Source: Spirochaetales bacterium
GTDB lineage: Bacteria > Spirochaetota > Spirochaetia > PWKH01
Direction: 5' to 3'
DNA length: 54,536 nucleotides
NCBI GenBank assembly: GCA_021736605.1
Contig: JAIPFQ010000001.1
Span: 1-54,536 of the forward strand
In this document: positions 35,939-45,403 of the stretch, piece after piece
How positions within the stretch are numbered: position 1 is the stretch's first letter
Layout: each line of letters begins with the position of its first letter
The notes under the pieces: model-generated
Told to the model about the DNA's origin: nothing
The model's database searches: none
Seen by the model: the letters and a program-made list of their open reading frames with translations, nothing else
Translations under genes and position numbers: made by a program

Positions 35939-38299
35939 CTAATTTCCTCTGCTGCTGCCGAAAGCAATCTCTATTACTTCCTCCATTCTCTGAACAGGGT
36001 GGAAGGTTATCCCTTTTTTAACGTGTTCTGGAATTTCTGAAAGATCACGTTTGTTATGTATAGGTATGATAATATCTTTAATTTTGTTCCGTTTCGCAGC
36101 AATAACTTTTTCTTTCAGACCACCAATGGGAAGTACCTTCCCCCCCAGAGAGAGTTCTCCTGTCATAGCCAGCCTGTCTTTTATCTTTTTATTTTTCCCC
36201 AGAGAAAAGAGTGTGCTGGCCATGGTAACGCCCGCTGAAGGACCATCTTTTGGAGTTGCTCCTTCGGGAATATGCAGATGAATAGTATTGCTTTCAAAGA
36301 AATTCTTTGGGATACCATAATCCTTAGCTATATGTCTTATATAACTATAAGCAATATTTGCAGATTCCTGCATGACATTTCCCATTTGACCAGTCAATTT
36401 TATCTGAGCATTACCTTTTATATTGATGGCTTCAATGAGCAGAGTATCGCCTCCATAGTTTGTCCAGGCTAGTCCGATGGCCATTCCCGGTTTAGATGCT
36501 TTTTTTATTTCATCTTCACGAAAAATTGGTTTGCCTAAATATTCTTCCAAATTTTCTGGCTGGATTGAGATTGGGAATTCCGGCTTTTCAAGAATAAGCT
36601 TTCTAGCAATCTTTCTATGGATCCTATCCAGAGATTTTTCGTAATTTCTCATCCCTGCATCCCGGGCATATTCATCAGCTATTGATCGCAAAGTTTTAAC
36701 TGGATATTTAATCTGCTTCCGCAGCAAGCCGTTGCGCTTTACCGTTTTCGGGATCAGATATTTTTTAGCGATCTCAATTTTATCCTCTGTAATATAGCCT
36801 GATAGCCGAATAACCTCCATCCGATCAAGAAGCGGGCGAGGAACTGTATCCAATGTGTTGGCAGTAACAATAAAAAGAATGTTTGATACATCAAAGGGGA
36901 CATCAAGATAATGATCACGAAAGGCATGATTCTGTTCCTGATCCAAAACTTCCAGCATGGCAGAGGAGGGATCTCCCTGAAAAGAGCTTCCCATTTTGTC
37001 AATTTCATCAACCATAAATACCGGGTTATTTGTTTTTACAATTCGTAAACCTTGAATAATTTTACCAGGCATAGCGCCGATGTAGGTTCTGCGATGTCCC
37101 TTTATTTCTGCTTCGTCCCGCATTCCACCGACGGAAAAGCGAAAGAATTCTTTTTTCAGTGCCCTGGCAATTGACTTTCCTACAGAAGTTTTACCCACTC
37201 CAGGAGGACCGACAAGGCAAATAATGGAACCTTTTGTATCGTTTTTAAGTTTTCGCACTGCAAGATACTCAATAATACGGTTCTTTACATCCTCAAGTCC
37301 GTAATGGTCTTCATCAAGTATTTTTTCTGCTTCTTTGACTTCATAATCCTCTTCAGAGGCTTTTCCCCAAGGAAGACTGGAGAGGATTTCTAAATAATTT
37401 CTTGTTACAGTGAACTCCGCAGAGTTAGGATCCATGAGCTGGAATTTTTCCATCTCCTTATTTACCTGCTCCCGAGCTTCTTCGTTCAAAGGGAGTTTAT
37501 CAAACAGCTCTTTATATCTGTTGTAGTCACTGCTTTTCGGATCACTCGTTAAACCTAGTTCCTGCTGAATGGCACGGAGCTCCTCCTTGAGAAAATATTC
37601 ACGCTGGTTTTTTTCAATTTTATCATTGATCCTTTTCTGTATTTTCTGCTGGATTTTCATCAGTTCCTGTTCTTTTTTTATAAAAACCAGCACTTGTTCC
37701 ATGCGTTTTTGAATATCAAGAGTTTCAAGTATTTTCTGCTGTTCCAAGCGGTCAATATTCATAATAGATGTAATAAAATCAGCAATTTTCCCCGGCTGAT
37801 CGATATTAACCATATTCAAACGCATTTCCTCAGAAAAAAGAGGATTGTCTTTTGACAACTGCTTCATCTCGGTCAGCAAAGATCGGGTGTAGGCTTGAAT
37901 ATCAGAGGCTTCTGTATTTTTATCCTCCAAATATTCAACTGCTGCAGTAATCGGCTTAACTCCCTGTAAAAATTTTACAATTTTAAACCGCTTAATTGTA
38001 GATATGAATATATTTATACCACCATCTGGCAGATTTATTTTTTTTACAATTTTTGCTGCAGTTCCTATGCTAAATAAACCGTCGGAAGAATAATCCGGTT
38101 GTTCATCATCCCGAGTAAGAACTAAGCCGATGAGATTATCACCTTCCATAGATTTATTAACTATATCGATGTCATCTTCTGATTCTATGACTAAAGGTGT
38201 GAACAATCCCGGAAAAATGGGTTTGCCGACTAAAGGGAGAACCAGCAGTCTTTGCGGCAGTATTTTTTCTGCAGGGACAATTTCTTGCAATTCGGGCAT
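35939..38299 (-). CDS. lon: ATP-dependent Lon protease
   Basis: The ORF-track start at 38311 is TTG. ATG 38299 is preceded by GGAGGAAAAT and is preferred. Walker A is GPPGVGKTS and the catalytic Ser context is PKDGPSAGVTM. Confidence 0.92.
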   Translation of the reverse strand: MPELQEIVPAEKILPQRLLVLPLVGKPIFPGLFTPLVIESEDDIDIVNKSMEGDNLIGLVLTRDDEQPDYSSDGLFSIGTAAKIVKKINLPDGGINIFISTIKRFKIVKFLQGVKPITAAVEYLEDKNTEASDIQAYTRSLLTEMKQLSKDNPLFSEEMRLNMVNIDQPGKIADFITSIMNIDRLEQQKILETLDIQKRMEQVLVFIKKEQELMKIQQKIQKRINDKIEKNQREYFLKEELRAIQQELGLTSDPKSSDYNRYKELFDKLPLNEEAREQVNKEMEKFQLMDPNSAEFTVTRNYLEILSSLPWGKASEEDYEVKEAEKILDEDHYGLEDVKNRIIEYLAVRKLKNDTKGSIICLVGPPGVGKTSVGKSIARALKKEFFRFSVGGMRDEAEIKGHRRTYIGAMPGKIIQGLRIVKTNNPVFMVDEIDKMGSSFQGDPSSAMLEVLDQEQNHAFRDHYLDVPFDVSNILFIVTANTLDTVPRPLLDRMEVIRLSGYITEDKIEIAKKYLIPKTVKRNGLLRKQIKYPVKTLRSIADEYARDAGMRNYEKSLDRIHRKIARKLILEKPEFPISIQPENLEEYLGKPIFREDEIKKASKPGMAIGLAWTNYGGDTLLIEAINIKGNAQIKLTGQMGNVMQESANIAYSYIRHIAKDYGIPKNFFESNTIHLHIPEGATPKDGPSAGVTMASTLFSLGKNKKIKDRLAMTGELSLGGKVLPIGGLKEKVIAAKRNKIKDIIIPIHNKRDLSEIPEHVKKGITFHPVQRMEEVIEIAFGSSRGN

Positions 38300-38349
38300 A
38301 TTTTCCTCCAAGCTTAAATATCTTGTTTTATCTTTGTATGTGTTTAGAT

Positions 38350-38371
38350 TACTTTCATGAAGATGAAAGTA
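38350..38371. promoter_or_regulatory. Perfect 9-bp palindrome TACTTTCAT-N4-ATGAAAGTA upstream of lon
   Basis: Read directly. It lies 51-72 nt upstream of lon ATG 38299 and 51 nt downstream of the stop of the preceding minus-strand gene. It could be an operator or a terminator hairpin. Confidence 0.35.
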
Positions 38372-38421
38372 TTACAATAACTGTATTCCCTGAAGATATT
38401 CTGTTTTTGTGTTAAACGCTT

Positions 38422-39159
38422 TTATAGTTTTACAGAATACGAATAGTGTATTCGGGGAATAACACCCATCTGTAAAAAAGATAAGGAAAAACCGAAATGA
38501 TGTCGAGTGTTTTCTTCAATAAATGATATTTGCAGAAGTAGATTTGAACTTCCAGAAATATGGGGGTACTGTTTTAGTGTTTCATAAGAGAATGTACTGT
38601 CCAAAGTCTCAAGGTTGAAGGAAAAGGTTGATGAAATACCAATTTCTCTGTTAATAACTTCAAGAATCGTAAACTGATTTATCAACTCCAAGGTGTAGGG
38701 CAGAGTTAATCTTAACTGATTTTGAAGAATGAAGGAAAACGGAGGACTCTCTTTTGTCTGCATAATCCCGAATTTAATAAAAGGAAGATATATTTCCTCC
38801 AACCTTGTGAAACCTCCACTTGTTTTGTAGTCTCTGGTTTTCAAACCTGAATCTAAAGCAGTACTAGTAATTGCAATACCGATATTCTGAATATGCATTA
38901 AGAAGAGTCCTGATTTTTCAGTATTTCCATTAGCAGAAACACTGCTCAGAGTCTCGGTCGGCGTCTTGGTCTGCAGGAAAAGATCCATTTTCTCTAAAAG
39001 AGATAATTGAACATCAGAACTTAATTGTACTGGCTGTACTCCTGGAGCTGAGGGATTAACACTTACTGAAAAACTGAATTCATGTTCTTCAGCATCTGCG
39101 TATATATAAGATAAGGGAAATGTACTGCATATACAAAGTAATATAACACGGCAGAGCAT
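38422..39159 (-). CDS. Hypothetical secreted beta-rich protein
   Basis: ORF 38422..39243 trimmed to ATG 39159, which gives the signal peptide MLCRVILLCICSTFPLSYIYADA and removes the overlap with the upstream gene. The sequence is Ser/Thr/Leu-rich with alternating patterns. No family recognised. Confidence 0.45.
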   Translation of the reverse strand: MLCRVILLCICSTFPLSYIYADAEEHEFSFSVSVNPSAPGVQPVQLSSDVQLSLLEKMDLFLQTKTPTETLSSVSANGNTEKSGLFLMHIQNIGIAITSTALDSGLKTRDYKTSGGFTRLEEIYLPFIKFGIMQTKESPPFSFILQNQLRLTLPYTLELINQFTILEVINREIGISSTFSFNLETLDSTFSYETLKQYPHISGSSNLLLQISFIEENTRHHFGFSLSFLQMGVIPRIHYSYSVKL

Positions 39160-39196
39160 CCCATTGCAGGTCAAAATTCTTTTTCTTATTAGTATA

Positions 39197-39832
39197 TTAA
39201 AGTGATTTATAAAAAGTACGGGAAAATGTCTTAAAATATTCATATGTTTTCCTTAATTCTATTGGTGATCTTTGTGTATGTGCATCCTGATCAAATGGTT
39301 TAGCAAGAAGAGAAAATCTCTCCCAGAAAGAGGTGAATTCATCTTTTTGATAGTACTCAATTCCAGTATCAGGGTCTGCAAGAATTACGACTTGTCCACT
39401 TCCATGGCTCAGTCCATCTTCATGACTCGGCAGAATATCAATTACCACGGAAAAATGGCCCTGTTCAGTTTCCTCATAGATAATCACAGGTCCATATTTC
39501 TGAAGGCTTCCCTGCAGTTCGGAAAAATTCTGCTTGAATCCCATAGCAGCAAAGCCTTGCTCAAGTAAAATTGTTTTCATATCTGAAAATGTTACGGCAT
39601 ATGTTAGTTTTGAATTTTCCTTCTCTAACTCTTCAGAAAAATCGAAGAAGTCATCCAAGAGATCTTTTTCGTCTATCGATAAATCCCACCAGCAGGAAAG
39701 ATAGGTGGAGATAGCTGCAAACCCGCATGAGCTGTCATATTGCTGATAATGGATAAATTCGCTATCAATTTCAGCACTGCCTGCTCCTGATATGATGATG
39801 CATGATATTATTGAACTGATAAAATAATCCAT
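39197..39832 (-). CDS. Secreted peptidase C39-like (papain-fold cysteine peptidase) domain protein
   Basis: 211 aa. The N-terminus is hydrophobic (MDYFISSIISCIIISGAGSA). The sequence shows a Gln/Cys block (YQQYDSSCGFAAISTYL), a His block (EQGHFSVVIDI) and an Asp block (VILADPDTG), in C39 order. Confidence 0.65.
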   Translation of the reverse strand: MDYFISSIISCIIISGAGSAEIDSEFIHYQQYDSSCGFAAISTYLSCWWDLSIDEKDLLDDFFDFSEELEKENSKLTYAVTFSDMKTILLEQGFAAMGFKQNFSELQGSLQKYGPVIIYEETEQGHFSVVIDILPSHEDGLSHGSGQVVILADPDTGIEYYQKDEFTSFWERFSLLAKPFDQDAHTQRSPIELRKTYEYFKTFSRTFYKSL

Positions 39833-40034
39833 ACCTTATGGTAATCTCCCAGAATGTAGTCGTAAAGTCGCTAGAATTGGCTACAAATGGGTGTAATCCA
39901 TCGAAATGTCTTCGATATACCTTCAACATACTGATGAATATACCGGTTTCTCAAAAAATGAGTTTCAGGACATACCGTCGTCTTTCCAGATTAGACTACT
40001 GTACAACCTGAAAAAGTTTTCTTATGATAGTCTT

Positions 40035-40778
40035 ATGTCCAGATATATACAAACAGAAGGGATCATACTGGCAGTAAAAAAAACAGCATCTCAGCATAGA
40101 CTTGTTCAGCTTCTTTCTCCTGAATATGGAATAATAACAGCGACTGCCTATGGTGCAAAAAAAGGGAAATTGACAGGCAGTGTTAACCAGTTCATCTCTG
40201 GAAAATGTTTTCTCTATTATAACCCTATGCGAAGTCAATATAAAATTGATGATATTGCAGCTGATAACTATCGAGAGTATATCAGGGGTTCCATTCAGAT
40301 GCTCTACAGCGCCTCCTTTTTTGCAGAAATACTTCTGAAGACCTATGTAGGAGGAGGGGAGTATCAGCTTTTGTATAAACTCCTGGAAGGAGCTCTGAAT
40401 TCATTATCGGAGGATGAAAAGAGAAACAGAATAATGATACAATTTATATGGCGCTATTTAAGCATTTCTGGTTTTATAAGTCCCGATTTAGATTACTGTG
40501 CCGAATGCGGCAGGAAATTTTTTATTGATGATAATCTTGTCCTTGATCAGAATATTCCTGCCATGGTTTGTGAAATTCACAAGCAGAATGTTGATGAATT
40601 GGTCTTATATCCTGCCGCTAGAAAGTATTTGATTTATACAAAAGATATGAGTTTTAATGATGCATTGAATGTTTATGTAAGCTCCAGAGCAGAGGAGTAT
40701 TTGAAAAAGCTTCTCATCAACTGGATGGATTTAGTATCAGATCAGTCCTTGAATACCGTTAAAAGTGGTCTTTTATGA
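40035..40778 (+). CDS. recO: DNA repair protein RecO
   Basis: ORF 39906..40778 trimmed to ATG 40035 (MSRYIQTEGIILAVKK). It has an OB-fold N-terminus and a zinc-finger-like segment, CAECGRKF...C. Confidence 0.75.
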   Translation: MSRYIQTEGIILAVKKTASQHRLVQLLSPEYGIITATAYGAKKGKLTGSVNQFISGKCFLYYNPMRSQYKIDDIAADNYREYIRGSIQMLYSASFFAEILLKTYVGGGEYQLLYKLLEGALNSLSEDEKRNRIMIQFIWRYLSISGFISPDLDYCAECGRKFFIDDNLVLDQNIPAMVCEIHKQNVDELVLYPAARKYLIYTKDMSFNDALNVYVSSRAEEYLKKLLINWMDLVSDQSLNTVKSGLL

Positions 40779-41344
40779 GATTGTTTATTGCTGTACCCGT
40801 ACCGGAGAAGAATAGAAAAAACCTCATGGAAAAAATTCAATATATTGATGATCCCCGATATATTAAATCTTCCAGTGGAGAAGGACTGCATATTACTTTA
40901 GCTTTTTTAGGAGAATGCAGCGGAACTGATTTGCTGAATATTAAAACAGTTATGAATACAATAAGCTCTCAGTATAGGGATTTTATTGTCACCTATTCAG
41001 GAATTAGCAGCTTTCCCAAAGAAGGGTACCCTCGGGTCATAATTTCCCCTATTATTGAGGGAAAAGATATGTTAAGATCCCTGCATAAGCAAATTGGGAA
41101 ATTACTGAATGTAAGAGAGAGAAAGAAGTTTTCTCCCCATATTACCCTAGGTAGAATTAAGAAGAGTGTATCTATACCCGTTTCTTATAAAAAAAGAATT
41201 GATGAGTTGAAACTGCTCAGTAAAAAAGACCTGCAGGAAAGTTTTCAAGTTGACCGTATTGTACTCTTTTTATCTGAACTGACCTCCCGGGGTGCAGTAT
41301 ATACACGTCTGCAGGAAAATATGTTATGGAAAAAAAACGAATGA
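40775..41344 (+). CDS. thpR: RNA 2',3'-cyclic phosphodiesterase (2H phosphoesterase, LigT/ThpR family)
   Basis: 189 aa. It has two HxT motifs (HITLAFLGE and HITLGRI). It shares an ATGA overlap with the recO stop. Confidence 0.8.
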   Translation: MRLFIAVPVPEKNRKNLMEKIQYIDDPRYIKSSSGEGLHITLAFLGECSGTDLLNIKTVMNTISSQYRDFIVTYSGISSFPKEGYPRVIISPIIEGKDMLRSLHKQIGKLLNVRERKKFSPHITLGRIKKSVSIPVSYKKRIDELKLLSKKDLQESFQVDRIVLFLSELTSRGAVYTRLQENMLWKKNE

Positions 41345-43488
41345 AGAAAGCCAGCTGGTATAAAAAGGAAATTGATAAATCATTAGTAAAGAGTCTGCAT
41401 GAGAATTATAACATTGATTTAATTACAGCATCTATTCTTTCTAGAAGAAATATAGTTCAGGGAAAGAACATTAAGTTTTATCTTGAGCATGACATACTTT
41501 ATCTTCATAACCCCTTCTTGTTTGAAGATATGGATATTGCCGTAGAGCGAATATTGCTTGCTAAGCAGGAACAGGAAAATGTTCGTATTTTCGGTGATAG
41601 AGATGTTGATGGAATGACATCAACCATCCTGCTCAAAGAAAGATTGGATGAAGAAGGTTTGAATGTAAGCTGGAGACTTCCTGCAGGAGATGAACCATAC
41701 GGTCTAACAAAAGAGGGTGTTGATGCGTTTGCAGAGGAAGGCGGGACGCTGATAATTACTGTTGACTGCGGCATAACCAATGTTGAAGAAGTTGCTTATG
41801 CTGCTCAGTTAGGGATAGATACAGTTATCCTTGATCACCACTTGTCTTCTGAAATTCTTCCCCCTGCAGTGGCCGTAATTGATCCTAAAATTGAGGGATC
41901 AGGGTATCCTTTTAAAAATCTAGCCGGCTGCGGGGTAGCAGCAAAATTTATTTGGGCCTTGAATTTTTCGCAAACAGAATTGTATCAGCAGGAAATTGTT
42001 CTTCTGCATGCCCGTCCAGGTAATGAAACTGTTATCATAGAGGCAGTAAAGCTGGAGAATATGATCGAAATTGATCGGGTTATCGAGGAAGTCAATCCCG
42101 GAGTACTCCCTGCCGAACAGTCTCGTCTTTGGGAGTTTCTTCTTGATCGACCAATATTTGTGTACGATCAGGAACAGGAGATCAGTTTACTGAAGCAGGC
42201 TTTCGGTAAAAATACCCAAATCGGTTTACTTGAAACGGCAGATGAAATTTGGAAGTTTTTTCCTTCCCTGAAGGGAAATAGTCTGGTGCAGCTTGACAGA
42301 ATGAGTAAAGCTAAACGGTACTATCAGGAACGACCGCTGGAAATTGATGTTTTTTTAAATGTTTTCCAAGCTTATATGTATAGAAAATATCCTAAGCTCT
42401 CATCAGAATTTATAAAAATTCTTGATCTTGTAGCTATTGGAACGGTAGCCGATTTAATGCCCATGAAAGATGAAAACCGTATTTTAATTAAATACGGGCT
42501 TCGAGTTCTGAATGCTCATGAGCGTCCATCACTGAGAACTTTCCTATATAAGAGGAAACTTCTGGAAAAGAAGTTATCGACCACTGATATTGGATGGCAG
42601 ATTTCTCCGATTTGGAATGCAGCAGGGAGACTGGGTGTCCCTGAACTTGCTGTTGAAATGCTTTTAAGTAAAGATGAAGCTGAACAGGAAACTTTAATTG
42701 ACCAAATGGTGAACCTTAACAAGAAGAGAAAAAAATTAGGCGAAGATGCATGGAGCAGGCTCTATCCTAAAGCAGGAAAAAGTTTCGAGGACTCCGGAGA
42801 GCGCTTGATAGTAGTCGATGATAAACAGCTTAACAGGGGCATAACAGGTATTATTGCTTCAAGACTGATGAACAATTTTCATGTACCGGCTATGGTTATT
42901 GCTCATCTTGAAGATAAGCTCATTGGATCTATGAGAAGCAGCAAAGAGTTTCACGTAAAAGATTTTCTCAGCAAATTTGATGATATTCTTCTTGATTACG
43001 GTGGTCATCAATGTGCTGGAGGTTTCAGTCTTCCGCATGAAAACATGGAGAAATTTATAAGCCGAGTCAAAGAAAAAATAGCTTTTGTGGAACCTCAGGA
43101 CACTGTCGCTACATATGAAATTGATGCTGAACTCCCTAAAAAATATGTTAATCCAAACTTAATTCACATAGTTGAGAAACTTGAACCCTACGGGGAAGAC
43201 CATCCGCCTCTTATTTTTATGGTAAGAGATGTAGAGATAGAGGAGATGACAGAGATGGGTAATACTAAACCTCTCCACCTCCGTCTGCTGATTAGTACTG
43301 GTAAACATAAATGGCCGGCAGTTTTTTGGCGGGCTGCAGATAGAGTCCCTGAGGATTTCACATCCGGAGAAAGGGTGGATATTTTGTTCAGATTAGGTAA
43401 AAATTATTTTAAGCAGCAGGAGACACTGCAGCTTACTATTCTTGATATTACTCGAAATGCGGATACCGTATTGACAAACAGTATGTAA
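41341..43488 (+). CDS. recJ: Single-stranded-DNA-specific exonuclease RecJ
   Basis: DHH-family motifs are present (GDRDVDGMTS, VDCG, ILDHH, GGHQCAGG). ATG 41341 forms an ATGA overlap with the thpR stop. The ORF-track start at 41326 is an alternative. Confidence 0.88.
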   Translation: MKKASWYKKEIDKSLVKSLHENYNIDLITASILSRRNIVQGKNIKFYLEHDILYLHNPFLFEDMDIAVERILLAKQEQENVRIFGDRDVDGMTSTILLKERLDEEGLNVSWRLPAGDEPYGLTKEGVDAFAEEGGTLIITVDCGITNVEEVAYAAQLGIDTVILDHHLSSEILPPAVAVIDPKIEGSGYPFKNLAGCGVAAKFIWALNFSQTELYQQEIVLLHARPGNETVIIEAVKLENMIEIDRVIEEVNPGVLPAEQSRLWEFLLDRPIFVYDQEQEISLLKQAFGKNTQIGLLETADEIWKFFPSLKGNSLVQLDRMSKAKRYYQERPLEIDVFLNVFQAYMYRKYPKLSSEFIKILDLVAIGTVADLMPMKDENRILIKYGLRVLNAHERPSLRTFLYKRKLLEKKLSTTDIGWQISPIWNAAGRLGVPELAVEMLLSKDEAEQETLIDQMVNLNKKRKKLGEDAWSRLYPKAGKSFEDSGERLIVVDDKQLNRGITGIIASRLMNNFHVPAMVIAHLEDKLIGSMRSSKEFHVKDFLSKFDDILLDYGGHQCAGGFSLPHENMEKFISRVKEKIAFVEPQDTVATYEIDAELPKKYVNPNLIHIVEKLEPYGEDHPPLIFMVRDVEIEEMTEMGNTKPLHLRLLISTGKHKWPAVFWRAADRVPEDFTSGERVDILFRLGKNYFKQQETLQLTILDITRNADTVLTNSM

Positions 43489-43523
43489 TACGTAAAATAC
43501 AGTTGTAACTACTATCCGAGGGG

Positions 43524-43742
43524 GTGATTACTATAGCTTACGTTAGAGTTGATGACAATGAACCTTTAGAAAAATCAATCAAGAAATTCAAACGAATGGT
43601 TGAAAAAGAGGGAATTGTACGAGAGTGGAAGAAAAGAGAGTTCTTTGAAAAACCCTCTACAATCAAAAACAGAAAGAAAAAAGCTCTCGAACGAAAACAA
43701 ATGAAGAAAATGCGTAAATTGAAAGCAATGAAAAATTACTAG
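43524..43742 (+). CDS. rpsU: 30S ribosomal protein S21
   Basis: [39 protein letters not shown] matches S21. The ORF-track GTG 43524 lies inside the Shine-Dalgarno GGGGGTGAT. The in-frame ATA at 43533 is the better-placed initiator (see findings). Confidence 0.85.
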   Translation: MITIAYVRVDDNEPLEKSIKKFKRMVEKEGIVREWKKREFFEKPSTIKNRKKKALERKQMKKMRKLKAMKNY

Positions 43743-43795
43743 AATTTGTATAATTTATATACTTATAGGTATTTTACATGTTATTTTCTTTGGAG

Positions 43796-43827
43796 AAAAA
43801 AGCTGCTTGTTAACAAGCAGCTTTTTT
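43796..43827. terminator. Bidirectional rho-independent terminator after rpsU
   Basis: AAAAAA-AGCTGCTTG-TTAA-CAAGCAGCT-TTTTTT. Confidence 0.8.
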
Positions 43828-44067
43828 CATTACTTTTTCAATTCATATAAGGTTATGCATTCAGTAGTTTTCTCGGAAAACATTTTTTAAAGAACGAATG
43901 AAGTGCTGTTTGCTTAAGCTGCATCAATTTACAAGTTCATCAAGAGTTATTGGTCTATTGTGTTCATTTCTTAAGAAAAATACTCTGAGTATATTCAACT
44001 TGCCTATTTTATTCATCCGCATTCTGATGACTAGGAAGTTGCCAGGTAACTCAAGTGCATAATATTG

Positions 44068-44114
44068 TTGACTTCTGCTCAAGAATGATATAGCATAAAA
44101 GCGAATACGTAGTC
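44068..44114 (+). promoter_or_regulatory. Promoter P1 plus operator O1 for the URO-D-family gene
   Basis: TTGACT (44068-73), then 17 nt, then TAGCAT (44091-96), then 6 nt, then GAATACGTAGTC (44103-44114). Confidence 0.5.
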
Positions 44115-44171
44115 ACTTGATTTCTTACTAAAATTTTTTATAAAAAGAAAAGAGAGGAACAATCAGTAATT

Positions 44172-45215
44172 ATGTCAACATTAAGAGAACGGAATTTCAG
44201 GCGTTTGAAAGAGAGCATTACTGCAAAAAGCTCAGATGGTCATGCAGTATTCAACTTCTATACTTTCCCTTTTTTCAGGTCGATTACGGGCGTAGACCTT
44301 GATCAGTATTTCCATAATCCGGAAGTGACACTTGAATGCCAGCTCGAAGCCCTGGAGAAAATCGATGGTATTGGTAATCCGGTACCGGATATGGGCGCTG
44401 TTGCTGAAGCCAGCGGACTCGGAGGGATCGTACGTTTCGATGACTACGGTTTCATTTCTGTGCATCCGAATCCGAAGATTGCATCAGCCGCAGCTTTCAG
44501 CGATGTGGACTGGCTGGAGCCGGCTGACCCCTACGGGGACAATTACATGGGACAAGCCTTGAAGACTCTGGAGTATATGGTCGATCACTGCCCTGAGGGC
44601 TACAGGATCAATCCTCACCCGATTATGGGTCCATTCACCGTGGGAGCGAGCATCAGGGGGATTAGCGACTTCGCTGCTGATACGATTATGGAACCTGATC
44701 TAGTTGCAAAAATCCTTGATGTGGTTATCGAGACCCAGATTAGATTTATGAAAGCCCAGGAAAAAATACTCGGCTCACTGCACCACATTTTCCTTGCCGA
44801 TGACCTCTCAGCATTCCTGAGCGAGGAAATGTACCGTGATATCATTCTTCCTGGTTATCACAGGCTTTTTGAACAGTTTCCCAATACCCAGCGATGGCTT
44901 CATAACGATTCAACTGCTCGTCATGTGGCTCCTGCAATTGCCGACTCCGGTATGGTTGCCTGGCAGTATCTTCCTGAGATCTCTCCTGCTGATGCCCTGA
45001 AGCTCACTGGTGGTAAGGTTACCTTGCTTGGTGGCCTGAACCCGCTTGAGATGCAGGAATGGACCGAGGAAGAGACCTACGACAAATGTGTAGAGGTCCT
45101 GAAGTCTTTCGGCGGCAACAATAAGTGCGTTCTGGCTGCGGGAGGATCTGTGAATCAGGTGCCGATTGCCAACTTAAAGGCAATGTTCAAAGCGGCTGAT
45201 GAGTATAAGCTCTAG
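44172..45215 (+). CDS. Uroporphyrinogen decarboxylase (URO-D) family protein (MtaA/CmuA-like fold; function unknown)
   Basis: 347 aa. Overall URO-D/methylcobamide methyltransferase-like pattern (...IFLADDLSAFLSEEMYRDIILPGYHRLF...). No corrinoid protein gene lies nearby. Confidence 0.6.
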   Translation: MSTLRERNFRRLKESITAKSSDGHAVFNFYTFPFFRSITGVDLDQYFHNPEVTLECQLEALEKIDGIGNPVPDMGAVAEASGLGGIVRFDDYGFISVHPNPKIASAAAFSDVDWLEPADPYGDNYMGQALKTLEYMVDHCPEGYRINPHPIMGPFTVGASIRGISDFAADTIMEPDLVAKILDVVIETQIRFMKAQEKILGSLHHIFLADDLSAFLSEEMYRDIILPGYHRLFEQFPNTQRWLHNDSTARHVAPAIADSGMVAWQYLPEISPADALKLTGGKVTLLGGLNPLEMQEWTEEETYDKCVEVLKSFGGNNKCVLAAGGSVNQVPIANLKAMFKAADEYKL

Positions 45216-45370
45216 TGCCTGATGACATGGTGCGAGCAGCAAGGCAGTTAAAGCTTCCAAAAGAGCGAGGATTCCCAAGCGGAATACCGAAGAGACTAGA
45301 TGCAGAGCATCATGAGAGTGATATGTCGGCGCCGCAGTTACAGAACTCTATCCTCAGGCTAGTCACAAGA

Positions 45371-45403
45371 GCCGGAAAATCACTGATTTTCCGGCTTCAA
45401 TTT
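45371..45403 (+). terminator. Rho-independent terminator
   Basis: GCCGGAAAATC-ACTG-GATTTTCCGGC is a perfect 11-bp stem, followed by TTCAATTT. It begins 156 nt after the URO-D stop. Confidence 0.7.
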
